A stretch of DNA of 64,000 nt from an uncultured Verrucomicrobia subdivision 3 bacterium (GTDB taxonomy: Bacteria; Verrucomicrobiota; Verrucomicrobiia; Limisphaerales; UBA11358): NCBI GenBank assembly GCA_903858275.1, contig CAIOIC010000111.1, positions 20,168 through 84,167 on the forward strand, given 5' to 3'. The translations under genes were made by a program, and so were the position numbers. A model generated the notes under the pieces. The model was not told where the DNA came from and did not search any database. It saw only the letters and a list, made by a program, of their open reading frames with translations. Below, in pieces: positions 26,911 to 35,719 of the stretch (position 1 is the stretch's first letter; the number at the start of each line of letters is the position of its first letter).

Positions 26911-27384
26911 ATGAGAATTTGCCTGGTCGCCATTCTGGCGTTTTGCCTTTCCTGGCTACCTCTTTCTGCAGCCGAACTATTAGTTGTGGGTGATACTGTG
27001 CCGAAAATTTCTGCCAAGGATCAGCACGGAAAAGAATTCCTGTTCACAAATAATCTGCAGGTTCTGCTGATTGTGACGGAAATGTCCACGGCCAAAACGG
27101 CTAACGTCAAGCTGGCAGAGCAAGCTGAAGGTTTTCTGGAAAAACATTCCGCAGCTTACTTGATGGATATCCATGCCATGCCGGGGATAGCTCGTTATTT
27201 TGCCCTGCCAAAGATGCGGAAATATCCACAACGAATCATCTTGATCGAGTCGGAAGAGGCGTTGATGGCGTTTCCCGCCAAATCAGGCTGCGTCACGTTG
27301 CTGACACTTTCATCCGCAGGAAAAATCGAGAAGATCGAATACTGGAATCCCGACCAAAATCCGGTTTCTAAATATCTGCCCTAA
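26911..27384 (+). CDS. hypothetical secreted protein (possibly thioredoxin-fold-like, no CxxC)
   Basis: Signal peptide MRICLVAILAFCLSWLPLSAA. VGDTVPKISAKDQHGKEFLF resembles redoxin N-termini. GC looks visibly lower than in the neighbouring genes. Confidence 0.45.
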   Translation: MRICLVAILAFCLSWLPLSAAELLVVGDTVPKISAKDQHGKEFLFTNNLQVLLIVTEMSTAKTANVKLAEQAEGFLEKHSAAYLMDIHAMPGIARYFALPKMRKYPQRIILIESEEALMAFPAKSGCVTLLTLSSAGKIEKIEYWNPDQNPVSKYLP

Positions 27385-27421
27385 AATCCGGTTTTTTATT
27401 TTCGAATTTAATAACTGGAAT

Positions 27422-27452
27422 AAAAAGCCGCTGGAATTTTCCAGCGGCTTTT
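27422..27452. terminator. bidirectional rho-independent terminator
   Basis: AAAAA, AGCCGCTGG, loop AATTTT, CCAGCGGCT, TTTT. Lies between the convergent 26911-27384 gene and ilvC. Confidence 0.8.
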
Positions 27453-27468
27453 GGTTTAAGAAACTAAA

Positions 27469-28491
27469 TTAGTAAGCGGCTTGCGCGCCTTTGATGTTCT
27501 TCTTGCCCATCCATGGCATGAGCGCGCGGAGTTTGGCCCCGGTTTTCTCAATCGGATGTTGTTCGCCCTTTTTGAGCAAAGCGTTGTAGCGTTTGTAGCC
27601 GCCTTTGTATTCGTTCACCCAATCTTTCGCGAACTTGCCGGACTGAATATCTTTCAACGCGACCTTCATGCGTTTCTTCACGCTGGCGTCAATAATCTTC
27701 GGGCCGACGCTCACGTCGCCCCACTTGGCCGTCTCGGAAATCGAGAAGCGCATGCCGCTGATGCCGGACTCGTTCATCAAATCAACGATGAGCTTGAGTT
27801 CGTGTAAGCATTCAAAGTAGGCCATCTCGGGCGAGTAACCGGCTTCGACGAGCACTTCAAATCCCGCCTGCACGAGCGCGCTCGCGCCGCCGCAGAGGAC
27901 GGTCTGTTCGCCGAACAAATCGGTTTCGGTCTCTTCCTTGAAATTGGTTTCGATGACGCCGGCACGCGTGCCGCCGATGCCCTTGGCCCAAGCGAGCGCG
28001 ATTTTCTTCGCGTCCTTGCCGGGGTTCTGGTAGATGGCGATCAAGCTTGGCACGCCCTTGCCTTCAACATATTGACGGCGGACGGTGTGGCCGGGGCCTT
28101 TTGGCGCAACCATGATGATGTTCACGTTCTTCGGCGGAACGATGGTCTTGAAATGGATGGAGAAACCGTGCGTGAACACGAGTGTCTTGCCCTTGGTCAG
28201 GTTCGGCTCGATATCCTTCTTGTAGCACGCGCCCTGCTTGGTGTCGGGCAGCGCGACCATGATGACGTCGGCCTGCTTCACGGCTTCGGCTGTGGTGACG
28301 ACCTTGAAGCCTCTGGCTTTCGCCACCGGGATGGATTTGCTGCCTTCGTAAAGGCCGATGATGACCTTGAGGCCGCTGTCCTTGAGGTTGAGCGCGTGGG
28401 CGTGGCCTTGCGAGCCGAAGCCGAGCACGGCCAGCGTTTTCTTTTTCAACACGCCGAAATCGGCGTCCTTGTCGGTATAGACTTTTGCCAT
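27469..28491 (-). CDS. ilvC: ketol-acid reductoisomerase
   Basis: [21 protein letters not shown]..., class I KARI of 340 aa. Confidence 0.96.
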   Translation of the reverse strand: MAKVYTDKDADFGVLKKKTLAVLGFGSQGHAHALNLKDSGLKVIIGLYEGSKSIPVAKARGFKVVTTAEAVKQADVIMVALPDTKQGACYKKDIEPNLTKGKTLVFTHGFSIHFKTIVPPKNVNIIMVAPKGPGHTVRRQYVEGKGVPSLIAIYQNPGKDAKKIALAWAKGIGGTRAGVIETNFKEETETDLFGEQTVLCGGASALVQAGFEVLVEAGYSPEMAYFECLHELKLIVDLMNESGISGMRFSISETAKWGDVSVGPKIIDASVKKRMKVALKDIQSGKFAKDWVNEYKGGYKRYNALLKKGEQHPIEKTGAKLRALMPWMGKKNIKGAQAAY

Positions 28492-28516
28492 AAAATGAGT
28501 TTGGGTTTGGTTAAAA

Positions 28517-28990
28517 TTATTTGCGGGGCAGGGCCACCTGCCCGGTGCGGGTGATTTCCTGCACGCCGAAGGAGTTCATCAGGTCGAGGAATTTTTCCAC
28601 CTTGCTCTCGCTGCCGGTGATTTCGACCGTCAGCGACTTCGGTTGTACATCCACGATTTTGGCGCGGAAAATGTCCGTGATCTGCATCACCTCGGCGCGC
28701 GACTTGGAATCCACCGTGACCTTCACGAGGACGAGTTCGCGATCTACGGATTCACCGGCGCCAAAATCCTGCACCTTGATGACGTTGGGAAGCTTGTTGA
28801 GCTGTTTGATGATCTGCTCGACGGTCGCTTCGTCGCCATGGGTGACAATGGTCATGCGCGAGAGTTTGGAATCATGCGTCGGACCGACGTTGAGCGTGTC
28901 AATGTTGTAGCCGCGGCCGCTGAAAAGTCCGGCCACGCGCGTGAGCACGCCGAACTTGTTCTCAACCAAAACTGATATGGTGTGTCGCAT
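28517..28990 (-). CDS. ilvN: acetolactate synthase small (regulatory) subunit
   Basis: [38 protein letters not shown] (ACT domain plus ALS_ss_C). Confidence 0.93.
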   Translation of the reverse strand: MRHTISVLVENKFGVLTRVAGLFSGRGYNIDTLNVGPTHDSKLSRMTIVTHGDEATVEQIIKQLNKLPNVIKVQDFGAGESVDRELVLVKVTVDSKSRAEVMQITDIFRAKIVDVQPKSLTVEITGSESKVEKFLDLMNSFGVQEITRTGQVALPRK

Positions 28991-29093
28991 AAAAACCGTC
29001 TGGGACGGATGGAAAGCCTAGCAACCGCTTGCGAAAGGGTCAATTTGCAAATTGGGTGCAGGCGGATTCCTTGATGGAACGCATGGAGAATCA

Positions 29094-29121
29094 TTGATGT
29101 CTGGCGACGTCTTCATATAAT
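29094..29121 (+). promoter_or_regulatory. sigma70-like promoter upstream of fpr
   Basis: TTGATG (29094-29099), 16-nt spacer, TATAAT (29116-29121). Lies 38 nt upstream of the ATG. Confidence 0.4.
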
Positions 29122-29158
29122 CAATTTCATTAACGGAGGTCACGTTTACCGAAGCGCC

Positions 29159-29977
29159 ATGAGCACCGACAATCAAAGTCCCTACAACGCCACCGTCATC
29201 GGTCGCGAGGAAATCAATCCGCAACTGGTCATCCTGCGGGTGCGCCCTGACGGCGAGCTTTTTGATTTCCGGCCCGGGCAGTTTGGCGTGCTGGGGTTGT
29301 TGGGCAGCGCGTCGCGCGTGCCGGAAGCGACTCCGGAAGAGCCCGCCAGCGAACCGGACAAGCTGATTCGCCGTGCCTACAGCATCGCGTCGTCCAGCGT
29401 GGAGCGCCGCTATGTGGAATTTTATCTGACGCTGGTGACGAGCGGGCAACTCACGCCGCGTTTATTTGATTTGCGGCATGGCAGCCGGGTTTTTCTCGGC
29501 CCGAAAGCCAGCGGGGTTTTCACGCTCGATCGGGTGCCGGCGGGCAAGTCGGTCATTCTCATTGCTACCGGCACCGGCTTGGCGCCCTATATTTCCATGC
29601 TGCGCACCATGCTGGTGAATGACAGCCAGCGGCGGTATGTGGTGCTGCACGGCGCACGTTACAGCTGGGATTTGGGTTATCGCGGCGAACTGGAAAGTCT
29701 GGCGCGGCTGCGTCCCAATTTGAGCTACATTCCCACCATCACGCGCCCGGATCAGGATCCGCATTTTCAGGGCCGCAGTGGACGGCTTCAAACCCTGTTG
29801 GAACAAGGCGTGGTGGAACAGGATTCCGGCGTCGCGCTGGATCCGTCGAAGACGGATGTTTTTCTTTGCGGCAATCCCGAAATGGTCAAGGCCGTCAAGG
29901 CGATCCTTGAAATCAAAGGCTTTGTGCCTAGTCATGGCAAGGAGCCCGGCAATATTCACATCGAAGAATACTGGTGA
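29159..29977 (+). CDS. fpr: ferredoxin-NADP+ reductase
   Basis: FAD-binding RAYSIASS, NADP-binding LIATGTGLAPYISML, C-terminal IHIEEYW. Confidence 0.88.
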   Translation: MSTDNQSPYNATVIGREEINPQLVILRVRPDGELFDFRPGQFGVLGLLGSASRVPEATPEEPASEPDKLIRRAYSIASSSVERRYVEFYLTLVTSGQLTPRLFDLRHGSRVFLGPKASGVFTLDRVPAGKSVILIATGTGLAPYISMLRTMLVNDSQRRYVVLHGARYSWDLGYRGELESLARLRPNLSYIPTITRPDQDPHFQGRSGRLQTLLEQGVVEQDSGVALDPSKTDVFLCGNPEMVKAVKAILEIKGFVPSHGKEPGNIHIEEYW

Positions 29978-30026
29978 AAACGTCCGATTAAGTTTGCCGA
30001 CAACTCGATTTGATGTTGTGAGTTTT

Positions 30027-31370
30027 TCAGCGCCGGAACATTCCCGGCATCGCGCTGCCCATCTTGCCCATCATCTTGGACATCTTGCCCATCTTTTTCA
30101 TCATCGTCTGCATCTGGAAGAATTTGTTGAGCATCGTGTTCAGTTCGGTGACCGTCACGCCGCTGCCTGACGCGATGCGACGCCGACGGCTGGCATTCAG
30201 TATCACCGGATTGCGACGTTCCTTGGCTGTCATCGCACAGACCATGCCTTCCATGCGTTTGAATTCCTTTTCCTGCTTGCCGATGTCCATTTGCTTAAGC
30301 GCGTCGCCGCCGCCGGGTAGCATTTTCATGATGCTTTCGAGCGAGCCGAGTTTTTTCATCGCGCGCAACTGTTCGAGAAAATCTTCCAGCGAAAATTCGC
30401 CTTTGCGCATCTTCTCTTCCATGCGCTTGGCCTCGTCCTCGGTGACAGCCTCAGCGGCTTTCTCCACGAGACTAACGACGTCGCCCATGCCCAAGATCCG
30501 CGATGCCATGCGTTCGGGGTGAAACGGTTCGAATTCGTCCAGCTTTTCGCCAACACCGGCAAACTTGATCGGCTTGCCGGTGACGGACTTCATACTCAAC
30601 GCCGCGCCGCCGCGCGCGTCGCCGTCGAGTTTGGTGAGAATGGAGCCGGTGATGCTCAAGGCGTGGTCGAAATGCGTGGCGACATTGACGGCTTCCTGGC
30701 CGGTGGCCGCGTCGAGCACGAGGAGAATTTCATGCGGCTTCACGAGGTCGCGCAGGCGGACAAGTTCCTGCACCAGTGGCTCGTCAATCTGCAAGCGCCC
30801 GGCGGTGTCGAAGATGATGACATTGCAATGATTAGCCTTGGCAAAGTCCAATGCCTCGCGGGCGATTTTCAAAACGTCCATCTCGCCGCGCTTGATGAAA
30901 ACGGGAACCTCCACCTGCTTGCCGAGCGTTTCGAGCTGGTCCATCGCCGCGGGACGATATACATCCGCCGCCACGAGCAATGGCGCTCGGCCCTGTTTTT
31001 TCAACAGTCGGGCGAGTTTGCCGGCGGAAGTGGTTTTGCCCGCGCCATGCAAACCGACCAGCAGCAGACAACTGGGCGTGCCGGAAAGATTCAGCGCGGC
31101 GTTTTCCGAGCCGAGCAGCGCGGTGAGTTCGTCGCTGACAAACTTGATGATCTGCTGGCCGGGTTGGACGCTGGTGATGACTTCCGCGCCGAGTGATTTG
31201 ATTTTGACGCGCTCGATGAAATCACGAGCGACCTTGAAATTCACGTCTGCTTCCAGCAGCGCCTGGCGGACTTCGCGGAGCGCGTCGCCGATGTTGGCCT
31301 CGGAAATTTTCCCCAACCCGCGCAAATTGCGAAAGGCGTTCTGGAGCTTGGTGCTTAACGAATCGAACAT
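30027..31370 (-). CDS. ffh: signal recognition particle protein Ffh
   Basis: MFDSLSTKLQNAFRNLRG, GLHGAGKTTSAGKLA, DTAGR, and a Met-rich M domain. Confidence 0.96.
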   Translation of the reverse strand: MFDSLSTKLQNAFRNLRGLGKISEANIGDALREVRQALLEADVNFKVARDFIERVKIKSLGAEVITSVQPGQQIIKFVSDELTALLGSENAALNLSGTPSCLLLVGLHGAGKTTSAGKLARLLKKQGRAPLLVAADVYRPAAMDQLETLGKQVEVPVFIKRGEMDVLKIAREALDFAKANHCNVIIFDTAGRLQIDEPLVQELVRLRDLVKPHEILLVLDAATGQEAVNVATHFDHALSITGSILTKLDGDARGGAALSMKSVTGKPIKFAGVGEKLDEFEPFHPERMASRILGMGDVVSLVEKAAEAVTEDEAKRMEEKMRKGEFSLEDFLEQLRAMKKLGSLESIMKMLPGGGDALKQMDIGKQEKEFKRMEGMVCAMTAKERRNPVILNASRRRRIASGSGVTVTELNTMLNKFFQMQTMMKKMGKMSKMMGKMGSAMPGMFRR

Positions 31371-31509
31371 CCGGCCAGCTTAAATCAAAGCAACGGGCGG
31401 CACAATTTAGGATTTCGCAAGGGTAGGACTGGTCAGATGATCGTTTTGAGATAAATTTGAACTTGAACCGAAAGTCAGGCTCTGGCTTACTGTCTGGCCT
31501 TGCACGGTT

Positions 31510-31595
31510 GGTAGGTTATCCAAGTGGCTAAAGGGTGCAGACTGTAAATCTGTCGGCTTACGCCTTCGATGGTTCGAATCCATCACCTACCACCA
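31510..31595 (+). tRNA. tRNA-Tyr (anticodon GTA), encoded CCA
   Basis: Hand-folded. Acceptor GGTAGGT/ACCTACC, anticodon loop CTGTAAA, long variable arm, T-arm GATGG-TTCGAAT-CCATC, then A-CCA. Closely parallels the E. coli tRNA-Tyr layout. Confidence 0.93.
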
Positions 31596-31714
31596 CTCTT
31601 TTTCTTCCAAGAGAAACAGTGGTTTTATTTGCCTACAAAAGTTAGGCTCCGTTAATAGCATAGCAACGATTCCTCCACTAACACGTCCTTCCATAATCTC
31701 CAGATACGACTGTC

Positions 31715-32806
31715 ATGAAACCCATCGCATTAATCAGTTTTTTGCTCATCACGCTGGCGCTGGCTCAAGGCCAGCCCAGCAATGCTCCCGTGGATTTTGC
31801 CAAGGCGCGGCTGCTCCATGAACGGCGGCAGCGCGGGGAATCCCTCACCAGTGCCGAGGTAGCATATCTCGACCAGGCCATACAAATTCGCAATGCCGGT
31901 GCGGGTGCCGGCGGACGGGCTCTCAATCAGCGCAAGGCGCCCGAACATCTCACTCCGCTGACCGACCTGAGCGCCAGCGCCCGTTACGAGGGTGAGGACG
32001 GCGGTCTTTACGGCGGTGGGCAAAATATTCCGCCTGCAGCCCATCGCCGGGCGGCTGAAGCAGAACTGGCGAAAATCCGACCTCGCAACGGCACTGGTGA
32101 ACCTGATGAAAACGGCGTCATTGGATTTGTTGCCATCAGCATGTCCAACGCGACGCAGGAGTTTTCCCGCTTCAAGCAGCTTGCGGACAATTCACCATTG
32201 AAATCGCCACAAGTTGTGATTGTGGATTGTGCGCAAGGCGGTCAAGCCATGGCCGAATGGGCACCACCTACGGCGCGTCCGTGGGGGGAAGCCCGCCGTC
32301 GTCTCGCCATCGCCAATGTTTCCCCCCTGCAAGTGCAGGCAGTTTGGATCAAGCTGGCCAACAAGGCTCCCGCTGGTTCGCTGGCGGAGCACGCGCACCA
32401 GTTGGAGCGGGACACGCTGGCGGTGTTGCAGAATGCCAGGGCGATGTTTCCCAATCTTCGCATTGCCTATCTCGGCAGCCGTACTTACGGCGGCTATGGC
32501 GGCGGTGGTTTGAACCCGGAGCCTTACGCCTATGAAAGCGCCTTCGCGGCGCGGTGGCTCATCGAGCGGCAGATGAAAGGCGACCCGGAATTGGCGGGGG
32601 GAAAATGCCCCATCCTGCTTTGGGGGCCGTATCTTTGGGCGGAAGGAGCGAAGGGTCGAAAAATCGACCAATTGATCTGGGAACGGTCGGACTTTGGTCC
32701 CGACGGCGTGCATCCCAGCGATTCGGGCCGTCAGAAGGTTGCCGGATTGCTGCTGGATTTTTTGACCACCGATTCACTGACCAAACCGTGGTTTAGGAAA
32801 AAGTGA
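31715..32806 (+). CDS. secreted SGNH/sialate-O-acetylesterase-like hydrolase (tentative)
   Basis: Signal peptide. FVAISMSNATQE resembles the GQSNM block, and DGVHPSDSGRQKVAGLL resembles SGNH block V. Confidence 0.5.
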   Translation: MKPIALISFLLITLALAQGQPSNAPVDFAKARLLHERRQRGESLTSAEVAYLDQAIQIRNAGAGAGGRALNQRKAPEHLTPLTDLSASARYEGEDGGLYGGGQNIPPAAHRRAAEAELAKIRPRNGTGEPDENGVIGFVAISMSNATQEFSRFKQLADNSPLKSPQVVIVDCAQGGQAMAEWAPPTARPWGEARRRLAIANVSPLQVQAVWIKLANKAPAGSLAEHAHQLERDTLAVLQNARAMFPNLRIAYLGSRTYGGYGGGGLNPEPYAYESAFAARWLIERQMKGDPELAGGKCPILLWGPYLWAEGAKGRKIDQLIWERSDFGPDGVHPSDSGRQKVAGLLLDFLTTDSLTKPWFRKK

Positions 32807-32828
32807 ATTTAAGCGGCTGAAATTCCTG

Positions 32829-35462
32829 TCATTTACCCATCTGGCCGCGCGTGACCCCGAGCTGGTTGAAGAGTTTTAATTCGTGCCAGAGCTCCGTGCC
32901 GGAAATTTCACCACGCAACAATTGCCGGTATTTTGCAATCGTCCGCTCCACTTCGTCCGGCGATTCGTTCAGAAATTCCACGCGGAAATTGCGGACGCCG
33001 AGCACGAGCAGCCGTTCCACAAATTCCGCGCCCGTCTGCGCTTGTGAATTAAAAACGGTGTTGCGGCAGCCGGCATCGGCCTTGAGCGGATGCTCCGCGC
33101 CCACGCGGTCGCGCAGCCGCACGTCATGCACGTCGCACGGCCGGCCGCAGTCATGATAATCCCTGCCTTGGGAGAGAAACGCGCAGAACACGCAATGCTC
33201 CATGTGAAACATCGGCATGTGCTGATGAATCGTGACCTCAAACCATGCCGGCGGCGCAGCAGAGAGCAATGCCTCCAGTTGAAGCACATTCAGATCGTAG
33301 CTGGCCGTGACGCGTTCGAGACCGAAATGTTTTTTAAAATAGTCCGCCGTGATGCGGTTGGCCACGTTCAGTGAAAAATCCCCGATGCGCCGCGTATCCG
33401 CGAAATATTTCAGGTGATCGTAATTGCGGACGAGAAAGCCGTCCGCGTCGGCGGAACGGACCTGCTTGAGAATCCAGTCATCACCCGTCTTGAAGACGCG
33501 CGGCGGCGCGACGAAGATGCCAGGCAGCGAGGATAGAGTCTGGAGGCTGGAGGCTGGAGACGAACAGCCGCGAGCGGTGTGAAAGGCGGTCACGGCTTCA
33601 CGATATTTCTTCGGGTCTTCAAACTCGCAATAGACCGTGGTCACGCCGCATTTCAACGCCGCGTCAAGCTGCGCGAGATTGCGGACGAGGACGATCAATT
33701 GCGGATATTCGATTAAGGATATCGGTTGGGCGGGCAAAACGGTTTCCCCAACTTCCAACTTCCGACTTCCAGCTGCTGCCAAAGTCCACTGTTTCGGCAG
33801 CGCGCGGCGTTGTTCCAATTCCGCCACCGCCTCGCGGCGCAGGCGATTCAATTCACTCACCGGCACCAGCACATCGCCGACCAGGAAATTTTTTAATTCG
33901 CCCAGCATGAACGGCGTGCCGCCGAGCCGGCCAAGCTGGTCACGCAGTTTTTCTTCCGTGAGCGGCACTTTCTCCGCCTGGGCCAGCGGCATGGTGGAAT
34001 CAGCCTTCGCCATGTTGCCCGCCGCATCGCGGAGTATCAGCGTCAGCGGCTCGCCCACGCCTCCATAAACTTCAATGGTGACAGGGCGTTGAAAGCGGAT
34101 TTTGTCGCCGGCAAAACTTTGTCGCAGGCGCTTGTCGAGCTCCGGATCATTCGTCTTCCATAATTTGTCGCCGACATGGACGCGCAGAAAATTGATCTGG
34201 CCGTTGCCGAAGCGCAACTCCGTCAACGCCATGCCGGGAAGCTTGAACCGGGGGTTTTCCATCTCGTAAATCCGGCCCCCTTCTTCCTTTTCATCCGGCC
34301 GGCCCGCATCAAAAACAATGCCATCGCCGGGTTTCAGCGGCGCGGAGAGATTCACGATGACACCGTCGCGGACAATTTTTTTGACTTCGCCGAGATAGAC
34401 GCCGCGTTTTTTGCCGAACCGGGCGTGAACCAGTTTTTGATTGTCCGTGCCGCCGAACCAGCCGGTAAAAAGCCCGCGCGAGAAGGACATTTCCAGCTCG
34501 TATTGACGATTTACGATTTCGGATTTACGAGTGGATGGGTCGGCCGCGTGTAAATCGTCATTCGTAAATCTTAAATCATCAAGCGCCTTGCGATAGACGC
34601 GCGTGATGCTGGCGACGTATTCGGCCGACTTGAGCCGGCCTTCGATTTTGAGCGATGCCACGCCGGCGCGGACGAGGTTCGGCAGAACTTCCAGGCCGGA
34701 CAAATCCTGCGGGCTTAGCAAATATCGTTTGTCGCCAAGCGGAACTAGCTGGCCGTCGGAAATCAAATCATACGGCATCCGGCAGGCCTGCGCGCATTCG
34801 CCGCGATTGGCGGAACGACCGCCCAGTGATTCGCTCGTCAAACACTGGCCGGAATACGCGACGCACAGCGCGCCGTGAACAAACACTTCCAATGGCATGG
34901 CGGTGGGGCGAGCGTCCTCGCAAACCGCTTCGTCGGCAGAAAGTTCGGCTTGCGGGGACGCTTGCCTCACCGCATTTATTATTTCGATCTCGGCAATGGA
35001 ACATTCGCGCGCCAGAACGACGAGGTTACAGCCGAGTTCGCGGGCAAAATCAATTCCCGCCGCGCTGGTGACGGTCATTTGGGTCGAGGCGTGGATGGGA
35101 AAATCCGGTGAGAGTCCGCGGATCAATTTGCAGATGCCGACGTCTTGAACAATGGCCGCATCCACGCCGGCGGCGATGATGGCGCGCAGGTAGTTTTCCG
35201 CATCGGCGATTTCGTTCTGGAAAACCAGTGTGTTGAAGGTGATGTAGCCTTTGACGCCGCGCCGGTGCAGAAATTCCATCAGCTTCGGCAGATCCGCCTC
35301 GGTGAAATTGTTTGCCCGCATTCGCGCGTTGAATTTGTCGAGGCCAAAATAAATCGCATCCGCGCCATTTTCCACTGCCGCCTTGACGCAATCCCAGTCG
35401 CCGGCTGGGGCGAGCAACTCCGGCAATTGCAGGTTCGGTTTAATGGTGTCGCCTAAGTTCAT
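32829..35462 (-). CDS. peptidase U32 family protein (long fused form)
   Basis: PELLAPAGDWDCVKAAVENGADAIYFGLDKFNARMRANNF, VHGALCVAYSGQCLTS and EGRLKSAEYVA, with a second U32-like half near the C-terminus. Confidence 0.88.
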   Translation of the reverse strand: MNLGDTIKPNLQLPELLAPAGDWDCVKAAVENGADAIYFGLDKFNARMRANNFTEADLPKLMEFLHRRGVKGYITFNTLVFQNEIADAENYLRAIIAAGVDAAIVQDVGICKLIRGLSPDFPIHASTQMTVTSAAGIDFARELGCNLVVLARECSIAEIEIINAVRQASPQAELSADEAVCEDARPTAMPLEVFVHGALCVAYSGQCLTSESLGGRSANRGECAQACRMPYDLISDGQLVPLGDKRYLLSPQDLSGLEVLPNLVRAGVASLKIEGRLKSAEYVASITRVYRKALDDLRFTNDDLHAADPSTRKSEIVNRQYELEMSFSRGLFTGWFGGTDNQKLVHARFGKKRGVYLGEVKKIVRDGVIVNLSAPLKPGDGIVFDAGRPDEKEEGGRIYEMENPRFKLPGMALTELRFGNGQINFLRVHVGDKLWKTNDPELDKRLRQSFAGDKIRFQRPVTIEVYGGVGEPLTLILRDAAGNMAKADSTMPLAQAEKVPLTEEKLRDQLGRLGGTPFMLGELKNFLVGDVLVPVSELNRLRREAVAELEQRRALPKQWTLAAAGSRKLEVGETVLPAQPISLIEYPQLIVLVRNLAQLDAALKCGVTTVYCEFEDPKKYREAVTAFHTARGCSSPASSLQTLSSLPGIFVAPPRVFKTGDDWILKQVRSADADGFLVRNYDHLKYFADTRRIGDFSLNVANRITADYFKKHFGLERVTASYDLNVLQLEALLSAAPPAWFEVTIHQHMPMFHMEHCVFCAFLSQGRDYHDCGRPCDVHDVRLRDRVGAEHPLKADAGCRNTVFNSQAQTGAEFVERLLVLGVRNFRVEFLNESPDEVERTIAKYRQLLRGEISGTELWHELKLFNQLGVTRGQMGK
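33539..33559. repeat. tandem heptamer TCTGGAG GCTGGAG GCTGGAG inside the U32 gene
   Basis: Read directly from the sequence; 3 x 7 = 21 nt. Confidence 0.85.
33748..33775. repeat. tandem heptamer CCAACTT CCAACTT CCGACTT CCAGCTG inside the U32 gene
   Basis: Read directly from the sequence. Encodes ...GSRKLEVGE... on the minus strand. Confidence 0.85.
34508..34577. repeat. heptad-armed inverted-repeat element inside the U32 gene
   Basis: Left arm GATTTAC GATTTCG GATTTAC (34508-34528), 21-nt GC-rich centre, right arm GTAAATC GTCATTC GTAAATC TTAAATC (34550-34577). Confidence 0.85.
34902..34921. repeat. 20-nt GGTGGGGCGAGCGTCCTCGC motif inside the U32 gene
   Basis: Identical to the first 20 nt of the argJ copy. 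Encodes EDARPT on the minus strand. Confidence 0.9.
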
Positions 35463-35575
35463 TTCCAGAGGCGAAACCTACCATGAAGGCTCAAAGGGAC
35501 AAAGATTCTTCGGGCTGGAAAAGGAATGGTGTTAAAATTTTCGAATGGTGGTCAGTATGGCTGTCGCTGTAACTT

Positions 35576-35584
35576 TGTTATAAT
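35576..35584 (+). promoter_or_regulatory. extended -10 element TGTTATAAT upstream of the heparinase-like gene
   Basis: Matches TGnTATAAT exactly. There is no good -35. Lies about 135 nt upstream of the ATG at 35720. Confidence 0.3.
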
Positions 35585-35719
35585 TTTTCCTGCGTAACCA
35601 ATGAAACAAACTTTGCGTCCATCTGACATACATTCTTGTCCCCAATGCTTTCTGTGGCCGCTTTTCCTGTGCCCCGCATAGGTGCATGAAGCTGGTAAAA
35701 CAAAGTAACACTTTAACAA

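Noticed and set aside
31510-32806. tRNA-Tyr as the attachment site of an integrated island.
   Set aside because: There is no integrase. I saw no duplicated copy of the tRNA 3' end downstream. The next gene is an ordinary secreted esterase-like protein.
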